Shown: in pieces, positions 26,274 to 38,286 of the stretch | Layout of the letters: each line of letters opens with the position of its first letter | Position numbering within the stretch: position 1 is the first letter of the stretch | Assembly (NCBI RefSeq): GCF_963506605.1 | Contig: NC_083282.1 | Location: 83,824,001 to 83,888,000 of the forward strand | DNA length: 64,000 nt | DNA from: Zootoca vivipara | Lineage: Eukaryota | Direction of reading: 5' to 3' | Program-made: the position numbers and the translations under genes | The notes under the pieces: generated by a model | What the model saw: only the letters and a program-made list of their open reading frames with translations | What the model was told of the DNA's origin: nothing | Databases searched by the model: none

Positions 26274-29049
26274 ATCAATAGACTCAGCTCCTATTAATGT
26301 GCCCACTTCTTTTAAAAGCCACCCAAGCTATTGGCTATTGCCATGTTGTGATCAGTAAATTTAACGTGCTCTGTAATGTGTAAAGAAACACGTCTGTCTA
26401 CCCTAACTGCAGCCACTAATATTAATGTAGGATTAATATGGCTTCATGCCGCCAGTGAAATCAAAGAATGAATTACTTCCATGGGATCTAGATTGGCTTA
26501 CCCTGTAAATGGCAAACATATATCCATTTGGGCTAGGTGCATAAGTGGTTTAAGAAGTAGTTAGCCTGCATGTATTTTAATGACACTTAAATATTAACAA
26601 AACATCTATTATTGTACCTAATAGGTTTTAAATAGCTGTATCTTTGCTTATTCTTAAATGTACCCTTGCTTTTAATCAAGCTAGCTGAGAATCCTATTAT
26701 ACCTGTAGGATTTGAAACACGTTTATAGCACACTCGATACCATTTTATGGATCTGATGAAGGCATTTTTACATTAGGAGTAAGCTCTACTGAACACACTA
26801 GGGGACTTACCTCTGAGTAACAGTGACATGGCTGCAGGCAGCAAGTGTATATAAACTTGTGTATGGAAGAAAAGCCAGAAAATGCAAGGAGCAATAGGCT
26901 ATCCCATTTCCACCCACTTGCGTATACGGAAGTCAACAGGAGTGTTTGTGTATCACATTCAACAAGTCAACAATCCATAGACAACAATAGTTGGCGCTGC
27001 ATACTCATACAAATATTCACTCAGTGAGTGTAGAGTCTGTGTTCACAATAGCTGAGCTGTTACAAACCACAAAGTGCACTCTCTCACAAACATGTACATG
27101 TCAACCTATACAGTACCCAAGTTCACTGTAGCATGTGAACAAGCCAATTGCACCTTAGCATGAACTGCAGTATTAACACATGGAAGGACAAGAGTTCACT
27201 GTAGTAAAAGATTCTGCTGCAATTTTTCTGTTAGCCTTAAAGATGCCACTGAACTAGTTTTGCTTTTTTGCAAAGATTAAACAGTTAACTCTTCTGAAAT
27301 CATTCCTAGTAACGAACCTACATTTATTTAGAAAGTCCCTATGGCATAAACAGCAGCACTGAATGAAGCTTTGCTACCACCCATACTATTCTTTCCCAGG
27401 ATACATTCAGAGGGTGCCAGCTAGAATTTCAGTTTCACTCCACATTATGAATATTTATTTCACAGTCTCATTGCTTTGGGGCTGTAAAGTCAAGTATTTA
27501 CACAGGATTGTGTTGAGCTTTTTGTGCAAATTTCTCTTGAATGCTTATGCAAAATGTCTAATTCCTTTATTTAACTGGTTTTACTTACAGGGGGGAGGGG
27601 AGAGATGCAGAGATGCAAGCATTTTCTCCAGTGTGAAAGAGAACAAATATTTAACTCAGCTGTCATTTTACTCACCATAAATTTTTCACTATATATCTAT
27701 TTGTTCACTGCAAGTACTATGCAATACCAAATAAAAAGCAAGCTAAAACTTGCATTTTTGTCCAATTTCAACCTTCTATGCAAGGGGAAATAACTCCTTT
27801 CACTTCTTGTGTTCATAACCTTAAAATGCAATTATTAATTCCTTGTGTTCAAGTTTACTGAGCAGGCCTTAAACAGTTGTTCACTTGGCTAGCTAGGAAA
27901 GTTTGTGTCAGTTGGAAGAGAAATTTTATCCCACTTTACCTCTAAGGAGTTCAGGGTGACACACATGCTATTTCCCATCCACTATTGTGTCCTCACAACT
28001 AGCCTATGAGGTAGGTTAGTCAGAGATTATGAGCAGGACATGCTCATGAACTTCAGTGGAGCAGGGTTTGAATCAGGGGTTCCTTGGTGACCATGATCAG
28101 TGAAGGATCTTGAGGATGAAGCTGATGGTGCTCAAGGTTTCTGCTTGTTTTTCAGCAAAGAAAAGCTACTTGATGCTCTAGTCAAGAGATAACTTCTGTA
28201 GCTTGTGCATTGCCTTGTTCCAAATGCTTTTTTATTCACATTTGATCAGCAGTTCATTTAGCAATCAGCTAGTTTAAAAGAGCATTTACAGTGAAATTCT
28301 ACACATGCATACTCAGAAGTCCCAATGAGTTCATTCGAATTTATTTCCAGCTGTGTTAGAACTGCAGCCTTAATTATGTCAGCACAAGATAAAATTCTGG
28401 GCAATGTCACAAGGCACTGCATATATATACCTGGAGGCTCACAGCTTTATTTTCAAAGTATAGGCAATCATTCTTTCCAGAATAAAAACCATTTTATTAT
28501 CAGTTTATTTTGCTTTTAACACTGATTTCTATTTTGTTACTATAGGTTGTTAAAAACCAAATTCATTGAGTATTCGCTATAACCTAGTAAAAGCCAACTG
28601 TAGTTGAAAATGCTGTACAATTCCACAAAGTGTTTGGTTGTTCTTGCTCAACAAAACAAAATAATTAAGGAACATGTTCAACACATTCTGTTTATTGGCA
28701 TAGTTATTTTACACATATACTGCAAGCCTTCACAGAGCAGGAAGCAGTTATGTTGCGTACAAGCACATTCATGAGCCTTCATTTTTCCTGTTATAAATCA
28801 AGTCCTGTAAGACAATTAAGACAAGCAGTTAAGTGCCATATTACAATATACAATTTCAATTAAAGCTGAGAGCCCCAAAACTAATATTATTCCTCAAACG
28901 TCTGAGGTCTAACACCTATTCTGGTATGTATTTACAGTGAGATGTGAACTGCTGTGTAAAACTAAATAGCCTAAAAATGCCAAAACAGTTCTCACTCCTG
29001 TTTCACAGTTATCAAAGGACTTATCTAGCATTGTTCCAACCACGTGTAA

Positions 29050-29340
29050 AAGGTAAAAGACCCCTGGGCAGTTAAGTCCAGTCAAACTTGACTATGGGGT
29101 GTGGCGATCATCTCACTTTTCAGGTTGAGGCAGCCAGTGTTTGTCTACAGACATCTTTCTGGGTCATGTGGCCAGCATGACTAAACTGCTTCTGGCGCAA
29201 TGGAATACCGTGACGGAAGCCAGACCACACGGAAATGCCATTTACCTTCCAGCTGCAGTGGTATCTATTTATCTACTTGCACTGGCGTGCTTTCAAACTG
29301 CTAGGTCATGTGGATTTGAACCACCGACCTTCTAATCAAC
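29050..29340 (-). mobile_element. Sauria SINE, partial and diverged
   Basis: aaaggtaaaagacccctg...gggtcatgtggccagcatgac... aligns with the full copies. Other partial copies at ~20160-20520 and ~56185-56315. Confidence 0.75.
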
Positions 29341-29675
29341 ACGTTGGTAGTACATGGCACTATAAAAAAAATGGCCTCCTATTAAATAGCAAGCAATGAG
29401 GCTTCAAATGTTATAAGGTCCACTATCTGAAGGTTCTAATTCTGAAGCTGTGGTCACAAGTTGTTAAGTTAGTGTAAAGGGAACGAATTAAGAGTACAGA
29501 AGTTATCAAGAAATAAGTTTGGTGGTTGCAGCCATACAAATAAAGCAATTCATGAATAGTCCATTCTGTCATAAATGTTCAGAACATAGGCTGCAAAAGC
29601 AAGGTTTTTTTACAAGCAGATACACTCCCTTTAAGAGAGGGCCAGAGCTTAATGGTACAGTAATATGCTTTGCAA

Positions 29676-30012
29676 GGGACGCGGGTGGCGCTGTGGGTTA
29701 AACCACAGAGCCTAGGTAGGGCTTGCTAATCAGAAGGTCGGCAGTTCAAATCCCCGCAACGGAGTGAGCCCCCGTTGTTTGGTCCCTGCTCCTGCCAACC
29801 TAGCAGTTTGAAAGTATGTCGAAGTGCAAGTAGATAAATAGGTACCGCTCTGGTGGGAAGGTAAACGGCATTTCCGTGTGCTGCTCTGGTTCGCCAGAAG
29901 TGGCTTTGTCATGCTGGCTATTGTACGCCGGCTCCCTCGGTCAGTAACGCGAGATGAGCGCCGCAACCCCAGAGTCGGTCACGACTGGAACTAATGGTCA
30001 GGGGTCCCTTTA
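29676..30012 (+). mobile_element. Sauria SINE in ATP5F1E intron 2
   Basis: Begins gggacgcgggtggcgctgtgggttaaaccac; flanked by a taatatgc(t/a)ttgca duplication. Confidence 0.9.
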
Positions 30013-30164
30013 CATAATATGCATTGCATGCATAAAAGCCTCATCCCCAGACACTTCCAATGAAAAGGGTACCAGGATTGAGAAATTCCTCCACCTGATG
30101 CTGCAGCTTCGTTGTAAAAACAAAACAAACCCCAAAACCCCAAATATCTCTACTTACCTGCACA

Positions 30165-30443
30165 TCATTCCTTTTTGATTCTCACTATTTTCACGCTTGC
30201 TCCCGCCGTTTTCTCTGCGTCCGCTTTAAACTGCGGTTTCAGCGCTGCTCTCACAGCCTGGGCGCAGATCTGGGAATACCGGATGTAGCTGGAAGGAGAA
30301 AGAGACGCGCAAAAGTCAACGCAAATAATGGAATCGAAAACACTCAACAGCCGCCCTGAGACAGCGGAGGGGAAGGAAAGAGGAGGCCCGGCTCGCCTCA
30401 GCCAACCCTACCTGAGCCCGGCTTGCCTCCAGTAGGACACCAT
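30165..30443 (-). CDS. ATP5F1E: ATP synthase F1 subunit epsilon, 51 aa
   Basis: Exon 30443-30412 ([11 protein letters not shown]) plus 30288-30165 ([40 protein letters not shown]). GT donor 7 nt after the stop (exon ends 30158); probable non-coding exon 3 at ~28787-28680 with AATAAA at ~28691-28696. Confidence 0.96.
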
Positions 30444-30449
30444 GTCTGC

Positions 30450-30760
30450 CCAGCGTATGGACCGTAACTCGCTCGCTTACTCCGCTTAAGGCCGCAAGGT
30501 CGGCAACCGCACAAGCCCTAAGCCTTAGTGTGACCCGGAAGAAGCTAAAGACCCGGAAGTGGAAAAGCCAGTCCGACCAATCGCACGCCACTCCCCTCCG
30601 AGCTCGTTCGCGAACCGAGGCAAGTGCTGGCATCACGCCCCGCCCCCTCCTCCTCCACCCGTCTATTTCCAGTGAGGAGGAAGCGTCCAATCAGAAAACG
30701 GGGCGCCGGGACGTCGGGCGCTCCCATTGGCTGCGTGGCGGCGCCGCGCTGACTTCAGAG
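30450..30760 (-). promoter_or_regulatory. CpG-island promoter of ATP5F1E
   Basis: Tandem ETS/GABP-type acccggaag sites (~30533, ~30551), CCAAT boxes (~30576, ~30687, ~30726) and a GC box (~30640). Confidence 0.75.
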
Positions 30761-31439
30761 GGTTCCGCACTTTTGCAGCTGGGCAGGTGGATCGGCTGCA
30801 GCTGTTCGTTGGTCTCCTGTTATACCGTAGTACACGGCTGGTCCGTCGCGAGGTCCAGCAGGCTTCCTGGCACACAAACAATAAGATCAGGGCCCTTGGG
30901 CTGCTGGCGCTGGAGGCAGATAACACAGCGCTGTGGAAGCTGCACCTGTTGCTCCCCCCGGCTTGCTGGGATGTGTGCGCCTTGTAGGCTTCCCAATTCT
31001 GAGAAAAGATCTCGTGTTCACCATATACGCTGCACGTCCACCGGGCTGCAGATTTACTACGCAGCGGGGATTCTCAGATGGTTGCCAGGAAGCCGTCTAC
31101 CTGGGAGGGCGGTGGTTGTTGCCAACGGAGAGCGCGTTGATTTGGACTTTCAAAAAATAGATGGATGGTCTTGCATCTGGAGTCAGAGGTGCAACTGACC
31201 ACACTGCCTCTAGTCTAGAGTCTAGAGTCAGCATCCATTTCAACCCTGTATTAATTAATGAATAAATAAATTGTCCTTAGTTTGTTCTGGGTATTTAGAC
31301 TGTGTCAGACCAACACAGCTACCTACCTGAATCTGGAACCCTGTACAGTATGAACTTTGTGATGGTCCTAGTGTGATGGATGCAGTGATGTAAAGGACCT
31401 GGGGAAAGCCCTCTTTCTCTTCCTGCCACACACATCCCG

Positions 31440-31574
31440 CAGGCATAGGCAAACTCCGGCGCTTGAGATGTTTGGGACTACAATTCCCATCATCCCTAGC
31501 TAACAGGGCCAGTGGTCAGGGATGATGGGAATTGTAGTCCCAAACATCTCAAGCGCCGGAGTTTGCCTATGCCT
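31440..31574. mobile_element. Palindromic hAT-type MITE
   Basis: Near-perfect ~55-bp inverted arms, caggcataggcaaactccggcg...cgccggagtttgcctatgcctg. Confidence 0.85.
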
Positions 31575-33893
31575 GATTAAAGGCCTTCACATCTCTAGGG
31601 GTTTGCATGTGGTGTGGTGAAATCTGAAACAGCTGAAGGTTTTCTTTTACTACATCATGCTTCTGTTTAAACAGCCATATCTCTGATCCATTTCATAGAA
31701 TTGGAAGTGACCCCAAGTGAATGTAGTGCAACCCCCTGCAATGCAGGAATATGCAGCTGGCCCATGTGGGGATTGAACCCCCAACCTTGGCATTATCAGC
31801 ACCATACTAACCAACTGAGCTAATATGTTTTCTGCAGCTTCCATTCTCATTGTACGTGTATACTTCAGCAAACACTGGCATAACAGCAGCAGCAAACATG
31901 ACTGTCACATAAATTGTGGTGGATCGGAGTGATCTCTAGATGGGAGCATGGAGTTTTCCTAAGACATGTCTTTGTCTATGTCAGTGCCCTGTTTACTTGT
32001 TTGCTATCAAATCCTTACCTTGTCTTTCAGCCCTACCTGTGGGTAAACGTTGAAATGTGTCATTAAAATCTGTACAAACAAGCATAATTTAAAAGCCAAG
32101 CTGTGTTTTTTATGAGGCATATGTGGTACAGTATATTGAAACATTTTTTCCAACTTATAAAAGTATTGTACACATTATTTTTCAGGGTCACACAAGACTT
32201 CAGATTCAGAGCCTCAGAAGCAGTCAGTTGGTTGTATCATGACACATTCAGTCAACAACATTCAGTTATATTTCATAAATCAGAGAGAATATTTTAATAC
32301 AGGACTTGTGAAAGAAAAGATGAAGTGGTGTCCTGCAGATAATATTGCTGTGTGGAGTGCTTTTGTTGAGGGTTCTCGCCATTCTCCATTTCATTCCCTC
32401 TCTGCCCAGTTTCCTTTTTTTCTAACAGTCTGCCAGTATTCTGTGCCCAAGGAGGATGCTAAGATGGTGTACACACCATGCATTTAAATCACATTACTCT
32501 CCACAAAGAATCCTGGGAATTGTAGTTTGTTAAGGCTACAGGGAATTGTCTATGTGAGGGGTAAACAATAATTTCCAGGATTTCTTGGGGAAAGCAGTGT
32601 GCTTTAAACGTGCTTTGAATGTATGGTGTGTATACAGCCTTGTGTAGTTTTAGGTTTGCCCTTCCATTTGGGGATTTTCCCTGCTCCCCATTTGGCAATT
32701 TATGGGGTGGAGGGGGAGTGCATGTGGCTACGGTAAATCTAGCTACATTAAAACATTGAGTTTCCTCAATGAGCAGCTCCCACTTAAATCCCCGGAACAT
32801 TGAAAAATAGGCCACATATGTACAATTCATTTAAAATTTAAAGCACTTCCCTTAAAGAATCCTGAGAACTGTTGTCTTTTAAGGTGCTGAGAGTTTTTAG
32901 GAGACATCTATTCCCCTCACAGAGTGCCTTTCTTTCCAGACACACTGTTCCATTTCCATTTCCACTTCCACCCAAATGGCTTTCCCCCTCCCTGCTGCCC
33001 CAGTCATCCAGCATTTCTTCAACATTGAGTCCTCATTCAGCTGATTGAGAGGCTTCTTTCCCCCAATTCTTTTTATACACCCCAATATCTTTTGTATGTT
33101 TGCCAACCACAGGAGTCTGCTGATACCCTGTCTTGTACATTGTTGGTGTGGTTTTGGCTACACTTGCACAAGCACTCAAAGGCTTGACTTGGAATCAGAG
33201 GGAATTGTATCTGGCATTGTCTAAAAAAAACAGGACAATTATCCCTGAAAGCATGGTATATTATAGTTTAACTCATTCCACTGGTTAATTCCAGCTGATT
33301 GTGATACTTCAGGAAATAAATAGGGGATCCATTGTGTTTATCAAGTTGCACTGATTAACAGTGGAATCCGTCACATGTCTAGTCAGAAGTAAGGCTCACT
33401 GGAGGCAATAGGTCTTACTCCCAGGTAATTGTGTATAGGATTACAGCCTCAAATTGTACAAGATGAAAAGGAAGCATGAGGTTGAGAACATTAACATTAA
33501 CAATAGCCACAAGGAAACCAAACTGTAAGTAGGTATTGTAATCGCATAAGGTGCCTATATCAAGGCACCTTCATACATTTGTACAAACTGTTGTTTAGGG
33601 TTGTCAACTTTTTAAAGGGATCCTATGCCGCTTAAGGTATTAAAATTCAGGTGTTGAATTTTTCCCTCCCCTGTCAGGGAAGACACAGGAGCCTTGCCAT
33701 AAAAGGTTGGTGGCCCTGTTATTAATTCTTCCCCATTTCAGTGTACATTTTGTAGTTCAGAAGTTTTCCCAGAGATGAAATGCTTGAAATAATGTTGTCC
33801 TTGTTCAGAAAATATGGACATGGAAATAAATAATTATACTACAAACCCCCCAAACATCAAGCAAATTATCTGTGGAGCTCTGCATCATAAAGA

Positions 33894-34862
33894 TTAGAGA
33901 GGGTAAACTGGAGTTGATGGTAAACTGAGATTATTGCAGCAACTGAAAGTTGTAGACGAAGGGCGGCTGGACAAATCCAAAGGGAGATTGGATCGCTGCT
34001 GCTCAGCTAAAGATGTGAAGTTTGAAATCTCCAATGATACGGAGGAGATGCAGTAAGGAGTGTCTTCAACAAAAACATTGGAAGTGTCCAGAGATGTTGG
34101 AAAGACAAAATCAGAAACATCTAAGGAACTAGAAGATGATGAATCAGAGGAGTGCTGAGATGTTAATGTGTTGATGTTAGTGAGGTCTAATGAACCAGAA
34201 GAGGATGAGGAGGAGAGATCAGAAATATCCAGAGAGGGTGAAGAAAATACATAATGGAGATCTGAGTCTGAGAACTCATGGCTAGAGAGATCCAGGGAGG
34301 CTGGTGATGTGGGAAGGTCCAGCGATGCGGAAGAAGAAAAACTGGATAGGTCTACGGAGACTGTAGAGCTCAGACTAGAAAAGTGTGGTGAGTCGGAAGA
34401 GGTGAGGCTGGAAATGTCCAACGATATTGAAGAGCTTCGACTAGAGCGCTCCCAGGAACCTGAGGATCCAGTGCTGGAGAGGTCCAGAGAAATAGATGAG
34501 ATACTGGAGGAGTCCAGTGGGGGTGAAGAACAGAGACTCGAGAGCTCTGGAGAAGACAAGGAGGCACAAATAGAGAGGCCCAGGGAGGATGAAGCAGTAT
34601 CACTTGAGCAATCCCAAGACTCTCTGGAGCTAGGGCTGGAGAGGTCGAGGGAATCTGAAAAGACAAATTTGGACGCAAATTCCAAGGAGGCCAAAGACTC
34701 AAGGCCGGATTGGTCCAGGGAGGCAGAACAGACAAAAGCAGACTGATCCAGGGGGGCAGGAGGTCCAATTTACAGAATAAGATAAATCCACAAGATTATT
34801 TGGCAGTCCAAAGACATTCGGTGTAGTTTCAGCCTTGTCATTGTTTGAGAACTTTTCTTTAG
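33894..34862 (-). pseudogene. Unannotated Ser-rich 11-aa (33-bp) repeat exon with one lesion near 34770
   Basis: Strong acceptor (ttgttcttgtttaatgttttcctag) at 34863; 291 open codons over 34769-33897 with recurring S-L-D-x-S-S units; one in-frame TAA at 34772-34770. Confidence 0.55.
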
Positions 34863-35128
34863 CTAGGAAAACATTAAACAAGAACAATTATTAAAAAAAA
34901 AAACACAATTCTTACTTTTATTGAAGTGGACACATCCTATTTCTCCTACTGTTTAAACAGGGGGGAAATTGAATTATTATATTTGGGGAACGATAGAAAC
35001 AAAATAACAAACAAATAAATAACTATACATATTTCAAGGAATACTGTAATTTATTAAAATGGTCGGACATTTGCAGGTTGGGAAATTGAGTAATATTTCT
35101 CACTCAGTCTTATATCCAGAGTCTAGAA

Positions 35129-35263
35129 CAGGCATAGGCAAACTATGCCCTCCAGATGTTTTGTGACTACAATTCCCATCATCCCTAGCTAACAGGACCA
35201 GTGGTCAGTAATGATGGGAGTTGTAGTCTCAAAACATATGGAGGGCCGAGTTTGCCTATGCCT
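35129..35263. mobile_element. Palindromic hAT-type MITE
   Basis: Same family as the 26141 and 31440 copies; TSD gtctagaa/gtctataa. Confidence 0.85.
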
Positions 35264-35897
35264 GGTCTATAAGGGCAGTGCTCTGATAAATAAATGTTTT
35301 TATTGATTATTTCATTTTTTAATTCTTTTTGTAAACCACTTTTGAGGGTTTTTCCCCCAATCAAGTTGAAGAAACATTTTCTGAAATAAATAAAAGTAAA
35401 GAAAGTGTGTTGTGATCTGCCCTGTGATCTTCGGATGAAGGGTGGTATACAAATTTAATGAATTAATAACAACAACCATCATCCACCCTTTAAAATTGCC
35501 TACAAAAAGCACTTTCCACATAAGTTTGCTTTCTGAGGAGGAGCCTTGCCCCATCACTCTCCCCCAACATCTCCCTTGGGTACCCACTGTATAGCAGATG
35601 ATTCTGGGAGATATTCTATTGCACAGACTCAGCACATGCAAAATGAATTAAATCCTATTGGGCCTCACATTACCCCATGTGAACTGAGAGGGTGTCGTCT
35701 GTTTTAAACACACAGTATTCCCCTGCAGTCATTCATCGCAGGGAACGATTGGGAGTGGTGGTCAGGCTGTCTTTCAGGTAAACATATCTTTCTGTAAAGA
35801 TCTTTAAAGATTCCCCCACCCCTTTACAATCAAGCGGTAAATAAATTTTAGGAAAAGTAAAAAGCTGCTATTACTAAGCTTCTCATTGAATGAGTAA

Positions 35898-36245
35898 AGG
35901 TAAAGGGACCCCTGACCATTAGGTCCAGTCGTGACCGACTCTGGGGTTGCGCGCTCATCTCGCATTATTGGCTGAGGGAGCCGGCGTACAGCTTCCAGGA
36001 CATGTGGCCAGCATGACAAAGCCGCTTCTGGCGAACCAGAGCAGCACACGGAAACGCTGTTTACCTTCCCGCTGTAGCGGTCCCTGTTTATCTACTTGCA
36101 CTTTGACGTGCTTTCGAACTCCTAGGTTGGCAGGAGCTGGGACTGACAATGGGAGATCACCCCGCCGCAGGGATTCGAACCGCCGACCTTCTGATCAGCA
36201 AGCCCTAGGCTTTGTGGTTTAACCCACAGCGCCACCTGTGTCCCT
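35898..36245 (-). mobile_element. Sauria SINE, full length
   Basis: Same family as the 3272 copy; 13-bp TSD attgaatgagtaa (35885-35897 and 36249-36261). Confidence 0.92.
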
Positions 36246-36744
36246 GTTATTGAATGAGTAACTCCTGATAAAAAAACTGTTGAGAAACTATAAGCTTCCC
36301 AGGAACGTAGAGAAGAGAGTTACAGTAATATATTTTACTGCAATAAGGCACAGGATAAACTATCCCATTTTAAAAACCACTTTAAAGTTGGATTTCTTTA
36401 TCTGGGTGGTTCAGCAGAAAGAAAGGTCTCAGAGGGCAACACTCCCAACTCTAAGGTGACATTTCTTGTCCCAGGATGTCACCATTGCATTGTCCGGCAC
36501 AGCTTGTGCCCAGATGTATTTATAATTGATTTAACATAATCAGTTGGACTGAACTCCCACTGAGGTCACTCTTTATACTAGACAGGTGCCTGCTATCCTT
36601 CTGTTGCTGGTTAGAGTTGCCTTCCATCCCTTCACACCTGTGAGGATTTAGCTTTTGTGTGTGCTTTAAAATAGTTTTGCAGTAACGACAGCAAAAGTCA
36701 AGCCATATCATATGATGGGAATAGCTTTCCAATTATTTCTGTTT

Positions 36745-37075
36745 GAGCATATAACACCAATCCTGGCTGCCAATCAGTTTCCAGGTCCGATTCAAAGTGC
36801 TGGTTTTGACCTATAAAGCCTTAAATGGCTCAGGACTGCAATACCTCAAGGATCACCTCTCTCCATATAAGCCGACCTGGACCCTGCAATCATCATCTGA
36901 GACCCTTCACTGTGAAAAGTCTGGAGGGTGGCAACAGGAGAACAAGCCTTTTCTGCAGTGGCTCCCCACTTGTGGAATGCTCTCTCCAGAGAAATACACC
37001 TAGCACCATTGACATATGTCTTTAGGCCTCCGGGTATAGGGTGGTATATAAATTCAATAAATAATAATGATAATA
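36745..37075 (+). mobile_element. L2/CR1-clade LINE 3' fragment
   Basis: Degenerate ORF2 end (FKVLVLTYKALNG...AFSAVAPHLWNAL); a related fragment lies at ~42680-42865. Confidence 0.7.
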
Positions 37076-38032
37076 GGCACCAGGAAAAGACATTTCTCTG
37101 CTCTCAGGACTTTGGCTAATTAACAATCCTTTTAAATTGTGTGTGTTGGGGGTATAGGTTTAATCTTTTTGTTCTTTACTATGTTATGTATTTTTGCTGT
37201 TGCTATATTGTAAACTACCCTATGATTCTCAGATGAAGGACGGTATATAAATTTATTAAATAATAATAACAACAACTTATATTTTGGAAGCAATTTTGTA
37301 TATTAGATGCCTATTGTTCCATCCAGTTGCCTGTAATTTACACACCTTCTGCCCAATATTCTTTAGAGATGTTTAGCATTGAACCCGAGACATTCAGCAT
37401 TGCAAAGCATGTGATTGACTGTGGAACTATTTTTTCTGATGTCTTGTCAAATGTAGGACAGCAGATAAAAGATAAAAGGAACACAATACAAAAAAGCACT
37501 CAAACCGTACACTGTGATGTTGCATTAATCGTAAGTGATGCATTCCGGTGAATTTCTTTATCCGTTTATAGAACACACAATCCGGTAAAAGTCAAAAGGC
37601 ATTTAAGACCCCATTAACTTAAGTGGAAGAGATTTATGAATGGATCATGGCTCTAATACCGACAGCAACCTGAAAGAGTAAAAATGGCAAACCATCTTTT
37701 CCTTCCTGGTGAGAAATAACCTTGGAACGGCTGTTGGAAAGTAGCCACCTTGCTCACGTGCTTAGTAAGACAGAAGAGCGAGCAGCACCCACCAAACACA
37801 TCACTTATTGTATACATACTACACTAGCTGGTAAATAATTACAGTAATCAGACACATCACCAAAGATCAGCTCTAACAAGGTGAATATCCCATTGGCTCT
37901 TTTCTTCTAATTGTCTCAAAGCAGCACATCTGCACAGCTATCTGCTGAAAAATTTCATGCTGTGAAGAAGCATGGGATGCAACTCCAGCCATTAATACAA
38001 AGCATATATCAAGGTTTAAGAATAGTACATAC

Positions 38033-38286
38033 CTTGGATAGCTGTGGATTTGCTTGCTTTCCCCTCTGAGGCAAGCCATATTCAGCTGGGCTGCTAAAGC
38101 TCTTCTGTACTTCTTCCCACTTAATGACCCTAATCTTTCCGCAGCTCCTAGAGTGGAAATTGTTGCATGCCGATTTAAATACAGGTCATCGCCTAGCAAA
38201 TCTTTAATGGCTCCAGAACAGCACTCAGCGTGGAGCAGTGGTAGAATACTCATTGAAATCAGCTGGAATAAGCACTCTAGCATCTT
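38033..38286 (-). CDS. Candidate coding exon of an unannotated gene
   Basis: Bounded by AG (38288-38287) and AG|GTATGT (38032). Open for 84 codons from ATG 38283: MLECLFQLISMSILPLLHAECCSG...KQIHSYPR. No recognised homology. Confidence 0.3.

Noticed and set aside
30158-30167. Intron downstream of the ATP5F1E stop codon as an NMD trigger
   Set aside because: The junction is only 7 nt after the stop, well under the ~50-nt rule, and a 3' UTR intron is normal for this gene.
33033-33197. Selenoprotein reading of the in-frame TGAs
   Set aside because: Neighbouring candidate exons have TAA/TAG stops, no SECIS was recognised, and CpG decay is the simpler explanation.
34309-34746. Plus-strand Glu/Arg-rich ORF (LERSRE repeats, nestin-like composition)
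   Set aside because: The same frame has four stops, there is no ATG or splice context, and the synonymous-change pattern and acceptor favour the minus strand.
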